This document shows positions 52,636 through 62,157 of a stretch of DNA of 64,000 bases, one piece after another. Numbering within the stretch: position 1 is the first letter of the stretch; each line of letters starts with the position of its first letter. The DNA comes from Alkalispirochaeta sp. (GTDB lineage Bacteria; Spirochaetota; Spirochaetia; DSM-27196; Alkalispirochaetaceae): positions 3,616,001 to 3,680,000 of the forward strand of contig OZ271854.1 in assembly GCA_965601925.1 (NCBI GenBank). Direction: 5' to 3'. The position numbers and the translations under genes were made by a program. The notes beneath the pieces are model-generated. The model saw only the letters and a program-made list of their open reading frames with translations. It was not told the origin of the DNA and made no database searches.

Positions 52636-54354
52636 TTGTGCGTGGTGTTTTTGTGCGTCGCCGCCGCGGTCGGGGCTCAACAGACCGGTGCCGGTTTGCG
52701 CGCCGAACGCATCGCGGTCCTCCCGTTCGTTAACGCGTCGCGGAATGCCCAGTGGGATGAACTCGCATCGTCTCTCTCCGCGACGATGCAATTGACGCTG
52801 GTGCTGAGCGGTCAATTCGACGTCGTCGTATACGAAGGTGAGCCGTTTGACGCGTATACACCTCAGGGATCGCGTGAGGTGGCTCGCTTTGCCGCGGCGC
52901 AACGCCTCGACGCCGTCGTGATCGGGCGGATTCAGGCGACCGACGACGAACGCATCGCGATCGAGGCCTCCGTATGGGGAGCCGAGGCGGGCGGAATCGT
53001 CGGGACTGAGCGTCGAGAGGCGTTTGGCTCGTTCGACGTGTTGGAGGCCGCGGACGAGCTTGTCGTTCTCGCCGGCTCTGCGATCCTCGGATATCGCATC
53101 GATTTCGGAGCGGTGCTACTGCGACCGTCGGAGACGACCGTGCCGTATCGCGTCTATCTCGACGGACTATTCATCGGGGAATCGATACGCTCGATTCCCC
53201 AAGTGCTGAGTGGAAGACGAAATGTTCGGGTCACCATCGTCGGAATAGACGGAGAGCAGCCGGTCTACTCCGCCGAGCGGCTTATTCGCGCGGGGGAGGC
53301 CCTTGAGGTCGTATTCGGATTGCCTCGTATGGCGTCGGGCGATAGGGAACGTATTGCCAGGCAGCATCGCATCGCCTCAGACCTTCTGGGACAGCCCGAC
53401 CGATACGCGATCGCCGCCGAGGCGCTTCGAGAGAGCCGAGAGTTGCTGTCCGGTAACGCCATGAGCGCCGGTGAGTCGCTTCGGAATGAGCAGGAACGCC
53501 TCGAGGCCATTTGGACGTTGGATGAGGCGTTCAGTGCGCTGTCTCCCCGCGACTTCTCCACAGGCGGTGCCTACCGCATCGGATCGCCCTTCGGCTTTCT
53601 CGACGAGACTCGGCTCGTAGCGAGGGGGCCCGCCGCCGGTATGCCGGGCGTAGGTGAACGGATCTACCGCAACGGTGCGGCGCAGTTTCATCTACTGCGC
53701 CTGCGGTGGGCAGATGCGCTCGGTCGTTCGGCGTGGGATGAGGCGCGACATATCGCCGACGACATGGAGGCGATCGTCGACGCATTCGATCTCGATCTCC
53801 GCGGCGTCCTCGAGCGCGATCGGAACGCTCTCGCCGCCGCTTTTGAAGAGGCCGACGCGGCGCGCAGCGGCCTGCGCAATCCGTTGCCGTACCTTGGCCT
53901 CGCGATGGGTCTGGTGAGCGGAGGGGTAGGCACGTATTCGGCGACGGTCGATACGGTTACCGGTATCGACCACGAGGCGGAGTGGGCGATTACCGTAGGC
54001 GGGCTCGTCTCCCTCATCTCAACCACATTTATCATTCGCGATCTGCAAGCCGACGAACGATATCTTAGGGGTTGGGCGCGCGAGCGCTACGGACGCGAGA
54101 TCGCCGTGGCCGACGTTATTCTGAACCTCGGTAGCGATTCGTCCGGCCGGTCGATCGAGGGTGAGCGTGCGGCCACCGTCGTGATCCTGGGGCCGCCCGA
54201 GGTCGTCGTAGATATCGACGGCAATCCGACGCTTCTACCGGCCGTCGTGGATCGCCGGCCGGGATTCCCTTTGGTCGTCGGTCGCCCGGCGGCGGTGGAG
54301 GCCGAACGGACGCGTCTGTACGATACCGGATTCTCGTTAACGGTCCTCCGGTAG
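52636..54354 (+). CDS. Exported/membrane protein with TolB-N/CsgG-like and PEGA-like domains (start uncertain)
   Basis: RIAVLPF.N, D.VV.G.I, VYLDG..IG; two C-terminal hydrophobic segments. Confidence 0.7.
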   Translation: MCVVFLCVAAAVGAQQTGAGLRAERIAVLPFVNASRNAQWDELASSLSATMQLTLVLSGQFDVVVYEGEPFDAYTPQGSREVARFAAAQRLDAVVIGRIQATDDERIAIEASVWGAEAGGIVGTERREAFGSFDVLEAADELVVLAGSAILGYRIDFGAVLLRPSETTVPYRVYLDGLFIGESIRSIPQVLSGRRNVRVTIVGIDGEQPVYSAERLIRAGEALEVVFGLPRMASGDRERIARQHRIASDLLGQPDRYAIAAEALRESRELLSGNAMSAGESLRNEQERLEAIWTLDEAFSALSPRDFSTGGAYRIGSPFGFLDETRLVARGPAAGMPGVGERIYRNGAAQFHLLRLRWADALGRSAWDEARHIADDMEAIVDAFDLDLRGVLERDRNALAAAFEEADAARSGLRNPLPYLGLAMGLVSGGVGTYSATVDTVTGIDHEAEWAITVGGLVSLISTTFIIRDLQADERYLRGWARERYGREIAVADVILNLGSDSSGRSIEGERAATVVILGPPEVVVDIDGNPTLLPAVVDRRPGFPLVVGRPAAVEAERTRLYDTGFSLTVLR

Positions 54355-54411
54355 GGGACGAGCCGTGATGCGTGTTTCGCGCGGACACGATTCGCGAACG
54401 ATTCGCGCGGC

Positions 54412-54440
54412 TTGACATAGGCGGCATCGTCGGCTATGGT
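54412..54440 (+). promoter_or_regulatory. Promoter TTGACA-17-TATGGT
   Basis: Directly upstream of tRNA-Gly. Confidence 0.8.
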
Positions 54441-54452
54441 AAGCGTCCTTTC

Positions 54453-54524
<72 letters not shown>

Positions 54525-54527
54525 TTC

Positions 54528-54558
54528 TTCTAAGTCCTTCCTGCAGAGGGACTTAGAA
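54528..54558. terminator. Hairpin between convergent tRNA-Gly and PilZ gene
   Basis: TTCTAAGTCCTTC/GAGGGACTTAGAA stem; no clear U-tract. Confidence 0.55.
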
Positions 54559-54683
54559 ACTCTCCGATCGGAGGGGTGCAGGGGCATGAGTACGCTACCG
54601 TGTCGTTACTGTGTAACGAAGGAGGCCTCATACTCGTGCGACCTTTCTTGTCGCGCCTTGAACGGTTCATCGCCTTAGAGCGT

Positions 54684-55676
54684 TCACCGTCCCTTTTCAC
54701 CGATTTGAATGAGCTTTCGAAAGAGACGGTGTCGCGTCTGTTCGTCCATGGGGCCGAAGTGTACGTGCAGTACTTTGCCGCGCCGCGAAGTTCTGAGCAC
54801 CAGTCCCGGCACGATAATGGGCGCCGCGCTCCCCGCGTCGATCACGCAGTCGATGTTCGTGCCAACGGCGATTCTCTTGCGGGGATTTTTCAGCGCTCCG
54901 CCACCGATGCTGAGGTCGTAGGTGCGCGATACTAAGGGTTTCTGCGCAATGCCGGGAATGGTGATCTCCACAGCTCGCTCGACCTTCCGGCGCCGATAGC
55001 GGCGTCGCTGTACATGTCCGACGTGGTTGGAGTGCTTCAGAAGCACCCGTTTCCCCTCCTTGGACAATACCTGGGAGTGAAATCGGTACATCCCTTCCGC
55101 ATTGTGGCACACAACTTCTACCGCCGAGCCGACCGAGATAGCGCGATGTCCCTTTTCGAGTACGACCCGGAGTCCCCGCTCATCGCTTAAGAGGACCTCT
55201 CCGGTCGCAATGGCGAGATTGCGGTCCGATATCGATATCTCGGAATGGGTCGATATGTGCTGACTCGTCTTGTCGAAGGCGTTTAAGACGTCACCGCTGA
55301 CTTCCAGACGGCGCAGAAGTTGGATGACCTCCGGTTCTTGCACGATCCCCTCGCGAAGTCCTTTGCGCGCGGCGCGAATCAACAGACGCTCGTCGTCTCG
55401 GAGTCGATCGGATCGTGCGGGGTCCTTGAGGAACCACGCTAAATGGTCTAACGTACGTTGCTCCCGCATCGAGAGCGCGATCATGTCGCGCCGGGCGCGA
55501 TTGTAGGACCTAAGAATCGGCGTCTTGGACGGTGAGCTCTTGCGTCGTTTCTTTTGCGATCCGGCGCGATGAATCTGGTAGGCCACGAGTAAGACAAACA
55601 CGATGCCGACGACGATCAGAAATAGTATCGTCTCGGTCTGAGAAGTTTGAAAACCGCGGCTGAAATCGGTCGGCAT
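54684..55676 (-). CDS. Membrane-anchored YcgR/PlzA-like PilZ-domain c-di-GMP receptor
   Basis: QRRRYRR and DLSIGG PilZ motifs; N-terminal TM; ATG 55676 with SD GAGGG. Confidence 0.88.
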   Translation of the reverse strand: MPTDFSRGFQTSQTETILFLIVVGIVFVLLVAYQIHRAGSQKKRRKSSPSKTPILRSYNRARRDMIALSMREQRTLDHLAWFLKDPARSDRLRDDERLLIRAARKGLREGIVQEPEVIQLLRRLEVSGDVLNAFDKTSQHISTHSEISISDRNLAIATGEVLLSDERGLRVVLEKGHRAISVGSAVEVVCHNAEGMYRFHSQVLSKEGKRVLLKHSNHVGHVQRRRYRRRKVERAVEITIPGIAQKPLVSRTYDLSIGGGALKNPRKRIAVGTNIDCVIDAGSAAPIIVPGLVLRTSRRGKVLHVHFGPMDEQTRHRLFRKLIQIGEKGR

Positions 55677-55730
55677 GGTTCCCTCGAGGTGGAATTTTAG
55701 AGTGATAATCCTGCGTTGTCTACATATGAG

Positions 55731-56447
55731 ATGGTAAAGTCGATGAAAATGCCCATTACCGAGTCGATCGTGAACGGCGTCATTCGCCTGTTGATTCGCC
55801 TGTTTTGTCGAATTGAGGACCGAGAGCTTGAGAAAATTCCCGTGGATGGTCCGGCGATTTTGGCTACCAACCACACGACGAACTTCGAAGGGCCGATCTA
55901 CTACGTGCTGCTGAGAGGATCGCGAGACTTGACCGCCCTGGCCAAGCGTGAATTGTGGAGTAACCTGCTTACGCGGTTCGTGATGCAGGTCTGGGGCATC
56001 ATCCCGCTCAATCGTCGCGGCCCCGATCGCCGCGCCATGCATCTCGCGCGCACCGTGCTTTCCCGAGGGCACTTTCTCGGGATCGCCCCCGAGGGTACGC
56101 GCAGTTCGTCCGGTGAGCTTCAGCGCGGGCGCGCCGGAGCGGCGATGATCGCCACGGCGGCGCGGGTACCCATCATTCCGATGGTACAGTGGGGTATTCA
56201 GGACCTGAGGTCCAATCTGAGTCGTTTTCGGCGTACGCCGTTGCACTTTCGAGTCGGGGTGCCCTTCTATCTGAGCATCGCTGAGGGTGATGCACCGACC
56301 ACGAGTCAGCTACGCGCAATGGCCGACGAGATCATGTATCAATTGGCCGTACTGCTCCCGGAGCGGCTGCGAGGGTATTACCGAAACCTATCGAACATGA
56401 CGACGCACTACGTCCGGCCCATTCACGATGAGGTCACCGATCCGTGA
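55731..56447 (+). CDS. 1-acyl-sn-glycerol-3-phosphate acyltransferase (PlsC-like)
   Basis: NH motif, AK.EL, IP..R, PEGTRS. Confidence 0.88.
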   Translation: MVKSMKMPITESIVNGVIRLLIRLFCRIEDRELEKIPVDGPAILATNHTTNFEGPIYYVLLRGSRDLTALAKRELWSNLLTRFVMQVWGIIPLNRRGPDRRAMHLARTVLSRGHFLGIAPEGTRSSSGELQRGRAGAAMIATAARVPIIPMVQWGIQDLRSNLSRFRRTPLHFRVGVPFYLSIAEGDAPTTSQLRAMADEIMYQLAVLLPERLRGYYRNLSNMTTHYVRPIHDEVTDP

Positions 56448-56560
56448 GTCGAGAGCGCCGCGGCAACGGCAAATACGAGATCGCGTCGCGTCGGATCAGA
56501 CGCGCGGGTGCTGCGTAAGAGGCACAATTCACGAACTATGCATGATAAGGAGTCTACAAT

Positions 56561-56869
56561 ATGGGAGTACGGGGTGAACTATTCTCGGCCCGTGTGCGCA
56601 GCAAAAACGACCGGCGCACCTATTTTTTTAACGTCAAAGAGAATCGAAACCACGACGTGTTCGTGACCATCGTCGAGAGCAAGAAGCAAGAGGGCGCCGA
56701 GACGTTCGACCGCCATCAAGTCGTCGTATTCGAGGAGGATCTCTCCCTCTTTCGCAAGGGGCTGGAGACCGTCTTAGAGTTTTTGCACGAACGCGAACGC
56801 GCCGGTGGGGGCAGGACCGACGACGGTCCGCATCGAGGTCGAGAGCGGGGTCGTCGCGAGGAACGCTAA
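56561..56869 (+). CDS. PUR-domain DNA/RNA-binding protein (BpuR/DUF3276-like)
   Basis: MG.RGE.FS, RTYFFNVKENR..D.F..IVESK, R....FEE. Confidence 0.9.
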   Translation: MGVRGELFSARVRSKNDRRTYFFNVKENRNHDVFVTIVESKKQEGAETFDRHQVVVFEEDLSLFRKGLETVLEFLHERERAGGGRTDDGPHRGRERGRREER

Positions 56870-57477
56870 TGTAGGCCGGAGGCCGAGGAGACGACGCCTT
56901 TGAAGGTCATACGGTGAATCGGTGACGGTCCGTGGGCGAGAAGTGCCGCTTTATGGGCCCGCGTAGGGTAGCCCTTGTGTCGGTCAAAGCCGTACCGCGA
57001 ATCTTTGCGTGCGTAGTCGACCATCCAGCGATCCCGGCGCACTTTTGCGACGATGCTGGCCGCCATGATCTGGGGGACGATGTGATCGCCGCCGATGATC
57101 GGCTCGCACGGAAGGGCGAGTCGGGGAGCAAACTTACCGTCCACAACGACGTGCGTCGCCTTCAGGACGATCCCCGGCAGAGCGTGCAGCGCATCAAGGG
57201 CGCGCTCCATTGCCAGGAGGCTGGCGCGGTGGATGTTTATGCGATCGATCTCTTCGGGCCATACCCATCCGAGTCCGATCGCGGCGTCCGACTCCGTCAG
57301 GAGTCCCTCCGCGACCTCGCGCCGGTGCGGTGAGAGCGATTTCGAGTCGGCAAGGATCGACACGTCGAAGTCCGCCGGCAGTACGACCGCCGAGGCGGTA
57401 ACGGGACCCGCCAAGGGCCCCCGCCCGACCTCGTCGATGCCGCATAGGCCCGCGTCGCGAGACTTGGGTCTTATCAT
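56866..57477 (-). CDS. rnhB: Ribonuclease HII
   Basis: GIDEVGRGPLAGPV, DSK.L, DG, AASI.AKV.RD, KGYPT..H. Confidence 0.97.
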   Translation of the reverse strand: MIRPKSRDAGLCGIDEVGRGPLAGPVTASAVVLPADFDVSILADSKSLSPHRREVAEGLLTESDAAIGLGWVWPEEIDRINIHRASLLAMERALDALHALPGIVLKATHVVVDGKFAPRLALPCEPIIGGDHIVPQIMAASIVAKVRRDRWMVDYARKDSRYGFDRHKGYPTRAHKAALLAHGPSPIHRMTFKGVVSSASGLH

Positions 57478-57519
57478 GTTTGTGCGTTATACTACGCGGA
57501 CTGTACTCTGGGAGCAAGA

Positions 57520-60360
57520 GTGTTTTTAAAGAGTATCGATATATTCGGATTTAAGTCCTTCGCCGACAAGACGCACATCGCGTTTACCGACGGCATATCG
57601 GCGCTGATCGGCCCCAACGGATGCGGTAAGAGCAACGTCGTCGACGCCGTGAAGTGGGTGCTCGGCGAGCAGGCGACCAAGACCCTCCGTGCGGAGCGCA
57701 TGGAGGATGTGATTTTCAACGGGACCGACGCTCGAAAACCGTTGAACGTCGCCGAGGTTACGTTGACGTTGGAGAACGACGGCGTTCTTCCGCTGGAGTT
57801 TCCAGAGATTACCGTTCGCCGCCGCCTCTTTCGCTCGGGCGAGAGCGAGTATTTCGTCAACGGTGCACCGGTTAAGCTCAAGGATCTTCGCGAGCTCTTC
57901 TACGACACCGGTATCGGTAAATCGGCCTACTCGATCATGGAGCAAGGTAAGATCGATCAGATTCTTTCGACCAGACCCGAGGATCGGCGGTCTCTGTTCG
58001 AGGAGGCGGCCGGAATTACGCGCTACAAAATGCGTGGTCGCGAGGCCGACCGCAAGCTCGAGCGTACGGAAACGAATATGCGCGAGGTCGATACGGTTCT
58101 GGCGGAGATCAAGCGTTCCTACGACACCCTAAAAAAACAGGCCGACAAGACGCAGATCTATCGCGAGCTTCGAGACCGCCAGTTCAGTCTCGAGGTGGAC
58201 CTTCAACTCGCCCGGCTGGCGCAGTTTCGGGAGCAACAAGAATCGAACCAAGAAAAAGTAAGCTCGCTCGAACGACAGCGCGATGAAGTGAAGGCGGAGA
58301 TCGATCACCTCAATAGCCGCCTGGAGAACGACCTTGAACGGGTAAACACGATGGCCGGGCGGCAGTTTGAAGTACAGAAACAGCTATACGGATTGGAACT
58401 CGAAAAGACATCGCGGACCGATCGTATCGCCCTCATTCGCGAGCAACGGTCGCAGCTGGACGATCGTGTCGAGGCGGAACAGGGGCGTCTCAAGGGGCTG
58501 CAACGCAAGGCGGAGCAAACAGAAGCCGCCGTCGTCGAGGCCGAAACGATCGCTCGAGAGACGGCGCAGCAGATAGAGGAGATCGACGCGGGAATCGCGG
58601 TCGTTCAGGAACGCATCGTCGGCTCGCAGAACCGTCAACGTGAAGCGCGCGAGCTCATCGGAGCCAATGAGGGAGAGATCGCTCGGAACGATACCGAGAC
58701 GGCGGGTTGCCAGCGCGAGCTGAGGACGGTCACCGACGAGTTGGTAGACGCCCTGGATGCCAAGTTACGCGAGTCGGGGTACTCCGGTGCCGACCGTAAT
58801 CGCGCCGAGGAGGAGTTGCGCACCGCCGTCGATCACATGGCGATCACGCTCAAAGGACGCAGAGACACGCTCCTCGACCGGCTGGCCTTTCAAAAGGGCG
58901 ACGCCGGAGAGCACCAGACGGTCGCGCGCTCCGCGTTCGTCTCCTTGGAGGAGGCGTTCGAGAGACTCTCGACGGCTGCAGCGCGCTTTCAGGAGACCGT
59001 TCCCCGTTTTCTCGACGATTTTTTGGCGCCCGAGGGTACGATTACCCGTAAACGCACCCTGGACGAGAGAATCGAGGTACTGCAATACCAGAATCAGACG
59101 CTCCGTGAACGCAACCGCGAGCTCGGGACCGAGATCGAGAATCTTCAACGTACGCTGGAAACCGAGCGCGCCGGCTTGGAACAGATGCGCCTCAATCGTG
59201 TACAGCTGGAAAGTCGCGCCGTCGCCCAGAAGGAGACACTCGAGCGGTATCGGCGTGAGCTCGAAGAACACCATCGCCAGAGTCGAGAACTCGAAGAACG
59301 CATCGGGCGCGATATGGAACGGAGTCGCGCTCTGGAAGAGCAGATCGGCGTCCTGAAGGCGGAGCACGAAGCGCTCGTCGCCCAGGAACGGGAGCTCAAG
59401 GACGAGCTCGCATCCCTTGAGGAGAGAATCGCTCAGGACAACCAGAGCCTCAAGAACGAGGAAGAGGCTTTGAAACAGAAGATGCAGGCGTTGGCGCGCA
59501 ATCAAAGTCGTCTGGAGGAGGTGCAGGTGCGCCTCGCCGAGAAGCGTACGGAGATCCGCGCGCTCTACGACGGCTTTGCCGAACGACACGGCCGCGATCT
59601 CAGAGAGTTCGAGTCTCGAGAGGGGGCCGGCACGGGAGACCGCAAAAGCTTGCGCGACGACATCAATGACGTACGGGCCAAGCTCAAAGAGCTCGGAAAC
59701 GTCAATCTCATGGCGGTCGAGGAGTTTGCCGAGGTCTCGGACCGCTACGAGTTTCTCAACACGCAGTTGGGCGATCTGCGAAGCGCTCGGGATGATCTTG
59801 TGCGGGTCACCGCGGAGATCAAACGCGAATCGGAGCAGCTTTTCATCGAGACATACAACCGAATTCGCAAGAATTTTCACACCGTGTTTCGGCGTCTATT
59901 CGGCGGAGGACGGGCGGAGCTACGCCTCATAGATCCCGACAGCGTTCTCGATTCGGGTATCGATATCTTGGTACAGCCGCCGGGAAAGAAGCTTGAGAAC
60001 ATCGCGTTGCTCTCCGGAGGAGAGCGGAGCCTCACCGCCGTCGCGCTCCTGTTTGCGACGTTCATGGTTCGGTCTTCACCTTTTACGCTGCTGGACGAGA
60101 TCGACGCCGCCCTGGACGAACACAACGTCGGGCGGTTTGTGGGTATGCTCCACGAGTTCGCGCGGCAGTCGCAGTTCATCGTCATCACTCACAACAAAAA
60201 GACCGTCGCCGGCGCCAACACACTTTTGGGCGTGACCATGCAAGAGAGCGGGGTAAGTCGAGTCGTCGCGGTTCGTATCGACGGAAACGGCGCCGAACCG
60301 GACGAAGGAGACTCCCCGATCGCCGCCGAGGCCGAATTGGACCTCGAGGGTGTCGAATGA
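57520..60360 (+). CDS. smc: Short SMC chromosome segregation ATPase
   Basis: GFKSF, GPNGCGKSN, EQG, FEEAAGI, LG.VN..A, LSGGE, LDEIDAALD, ITH; only 946 aa. Confidence 0.92.
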   Translation: MFLKSIDIFGFKSFADKTHIAFTDGISALIGPNGCGKSNVVDAVKWVLGEQATKTLRAERMEDVIFNGTDARKPLNVAEVTLTLENDGVLPLEFPEITVRRRLFRSGESEYFVNGAPVKLKDLRELFYDTGIGKSAYSIMEQGKIDQILSTRPEDRRSLFEEAAGITRYKMRGREADRKLERTETNMREVDTVLAEIKRSYDTLKKQADKTQIYRELRDRQFSLEVDLQLARLAQFREQQESNQEKVSSLERQRDEVKAEIDHLNSRLENDLERVNTMAGRQFEVQKQLYGLELEKTSRTDRIALIREQRSQLDDRVEAEQGRLKGLQRKAEQTEAAVVEAETIARETAQQIEEIDAGIAVVQERIVGSQNRQREARELIGANEGEIARNDTETAGCQRELRTVTDELVDALDAKLRESGYSGADRNRAEEELRTAVDHMAITLKGRRDTLLDRLAFQKGDAGEHQTVARSAFVSLEEAFERLSTAAARFQETVPRFLDDFLAPEGTITRKRTLDERIEVLQYQNQTLRERNRELGTEIENLQRTLETERAGLEQMRLNRVQLESRAVAQKETLERYRRELEEHHRQSRELEERIGRDMERSRALEEQIGVLKAEHEALVAQERELKDELASLEERIAQDNQSLKNEEEALKQKMQALARNQSRLEEVQVRLAEKRTEIRALYDGFAERHGRDLREFESREGAGTGDRKSLRDDINDVRAKLKELGNVNLMAVEEFAEVSDRYEFLNTQLGDLRSARDDLVRVTAEIKRESEQLFIETYNRIRKNFHTVFRRLFGGGRAELRLIDPDSVLDSGIDILVQPPGKKLENIALLSGGERSLTAVALLFATFMVRSSPFTLLDEIDAALDEHNVGRFVGMLHEFARQSQFIVITHNKKTVAGANTLLGVTMQESGVSRVVAVRIDGNGAEPDEGDSPIAAEAELDLEGVE

Positions 60361-60689
60361 AGCGTTTTATACCGATTGCAGTCGGTGTAGCCGTTATCGG
60401 TGCCGGCGTGATCCTGCTTCTCATCCTACGTGCCGACAGACCGTCCATGGTCGAGGTTGCGCCGGGACGATACCTATCCCGCGAACTGCTCATACCCGAC
60501 GCCTCCTTTCTGATAGACTCGGTGGAGGAGGAGCTGTTGTATCCTCCGATACGGTCCGTGGTTGACCCCGATGAGCCCCTTGACCGGGATTTGATAGAAG
60601 AAATCCAACTCGACGTGGTCGAGTCATTGCGATCCGAACTGCTTTTGCGCTCCGAGGAGGGCGTGGAGGAGCTGCTGTTCGATGAATGA
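60357..60689 (+). CDS. Membrane-anchored hypothetical protein
   Basis: N-terminal TM; ATGA overlap with smc stop. Confidence 0.7.
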   Translation: MKRFIPIAVGVAVIGAGVILLLILRADRPSMVEVAPGRYLSRELLIPDASFLIDSVEEELLYPPIRSVVDPDEPLDRDLIEEIQLDVVESLRSELLLRSEEGVEELLFDE

Positions 60690-62067
60690 CGGTGGAAGGA
60701 TTCGCGTTGTAGGCGTCGCATTGCTTGCCGCTGCCCTTATCGCGTGTCGGACGATCGAACCGGCCACAGACGTACCGGAGTCCACCGTCGCCCAAAATCC
60801 TCCCGAGTTGTCCCTCGAGGCCCCGTACGCGGTCGAAGAGGGATTCGTATCGCGGGACGCGCTGGTCAGGCCGGCCCCGCCCCGCCCCGAGCCCTCGCTC
60901 GCGCCGTCTCGACCGGCGGACGGAGCGTTCGTGGCCGTCTTAGCGCTTCCCGGGGTTGCGTCGGCCGTTACCCCGGGCGACGAGGAGACGAGAGATGGTG
61001 CCGACGACGCGGAGGTACGAGCGCCGTCGATCCCGGAATCGATCGATACGGCTCCGATCGCGGCGACATCCGCGCGCGACACCGGGGGGAGAGCGTCGGC
61101 TATTCGCCCCGCGCCTGTCGAGACTCGGACAAATCCGGTGACGACTACTTCTGCGGACGCCTCGACCGGTACGACCGCCGACACCGACGATAATCCGGCT
61201 CCCGCACCACACGGCACGGCGAGTCCCTCGAACGTCGGCGACCGGAGCACCGAACGCGACGATGCGATCTCGACCTCCGAGGTAACGCGGTCGGGACCAT
61301 CTCCTACGACCGAGCGGAGGCGGGGCGAGGCGCTGGCCGTTTCGGACGACACGGAAATGACTCGCTCCGTCCGGCCCGGCGATCTTTTCGTCGTCCAGTT
61401 GCCGGGGCCGAGTTGGATTTTCGTCGGTCCGACCGATGGTGTGGAGTTCGTTGATCGTCGCGCTGTGGCTACCGGCGTGGAGTTTATGTTTCGTCTTCGC
61501 GAGTCGGAGGACGGACGACCGGTGGCGTTACGATTCGAATCTCAAGACCTCGCCGACGGCCGCCGCCGGATTCACACCGAGACGATCGAATCCTCCGACG
61601 GTATCGGACTCGCCGATCGCGATACACCGGGTGACGGTGACCCATTCCGAGGCGTCGGCTCACAGAGCGACTCGACCGAGCGGTCCCCCGGCACCGCATC
61701 CCTCTCCGATGGAGACCTCGCTCCCGATACGGAGGCGATCATCGAGGCCTTGGGAAGCGGTGAGTTCGGCACGCTCGGAATCACGGAAGAGGATCTGCGG
61801 AATCGGGTTACACTCCTTGAAGAGCGCGCCGAGCACGACCACAGGGCGCGATTATTGGAGGCGATGCTCGACGCCGGAGTGGTTGAGGGAGATTGGATCC
61901 TCTACACCTTGGCGCAGCTACTCGAGTCACCGTGGGACGGACGCGACATTAGGCGCGCCCGCGCGCTCTATCGTAGGCTGGTGGACGAGTATCCCTTCAG
62001 CTTCTACTGGGACGCCGCAGAGGAGCGGATTGAGTTTCTCAATCGTCACTTCTTCGATATTCGGTGA
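60682..62067 (+). CDS. Lipoprotein with disordered linker and C-terminal TPR-like (BamD/CpoB-like) segment
   Basis: Lipobox LIAC; Pro/Thr/Ser-rich linker; A...Y..L...YP.S...A..R. Confidence 0.72.
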   Translation: MNDGGRIRVVGVALLAAALIACRTIEPATDVPESTVAQNPPELSLEAPYAVEEGFVSRDALVRPAPPRPEPSLAPSRPADGAFVAVLALPGVASAVTPGDEETRDGADDAEVRAPSIPESIDTAPIAATSARDTGGRASAIRPAPVETRTNPVTTTSADASTGTTADTDDNPAPAPHGTASPSNVGDRSTERDDAISTSEVTRSGPSPTTERRRGEALAVSDDTEMTRSVRPGDLFVVQLPGPSWIFVGPTDGVEFVDRRAVATGVEFMFRLRESEDGRPVALRFESQDLADGRRRIHTETIESSDGIGLADRDTPGDGDPFRGVGSQSDSTERSPGTASLSDGDLAPDTEAIIEALGSGEFGTLGITEEDLRNRVTLLEERAEHDHRARLLEAMLDAGVVEGDWILYTLAQLLESPWDGRDIRRARALYRRLVDEYPFSFYWDAAEERIEFLNRHFFDIR

Positions 62068-62101
62068 CGCGGTGCGTGGCGGTCGCGTAGCCCGTTTCGG
62101 A

Positions 62102-62130
62102 TTGACAGGGCGTGTCGTATTCTCTATAAC
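62102..62130 (+). promoter_or_regulatory. Promoter TTGACA-17-TATAAC
   Basis: Upstream of ffh. Confidence 0.8.
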
Positions 62131-62157
62131 TATCGTTCAACTTATTGGAATTACGAT

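Noticed and set aside
55677..56246. Long N-terminal extension of the PilZ ORF
   Set aside because: Antisense to the plsC-like gene; a better start with SD exists at 55676
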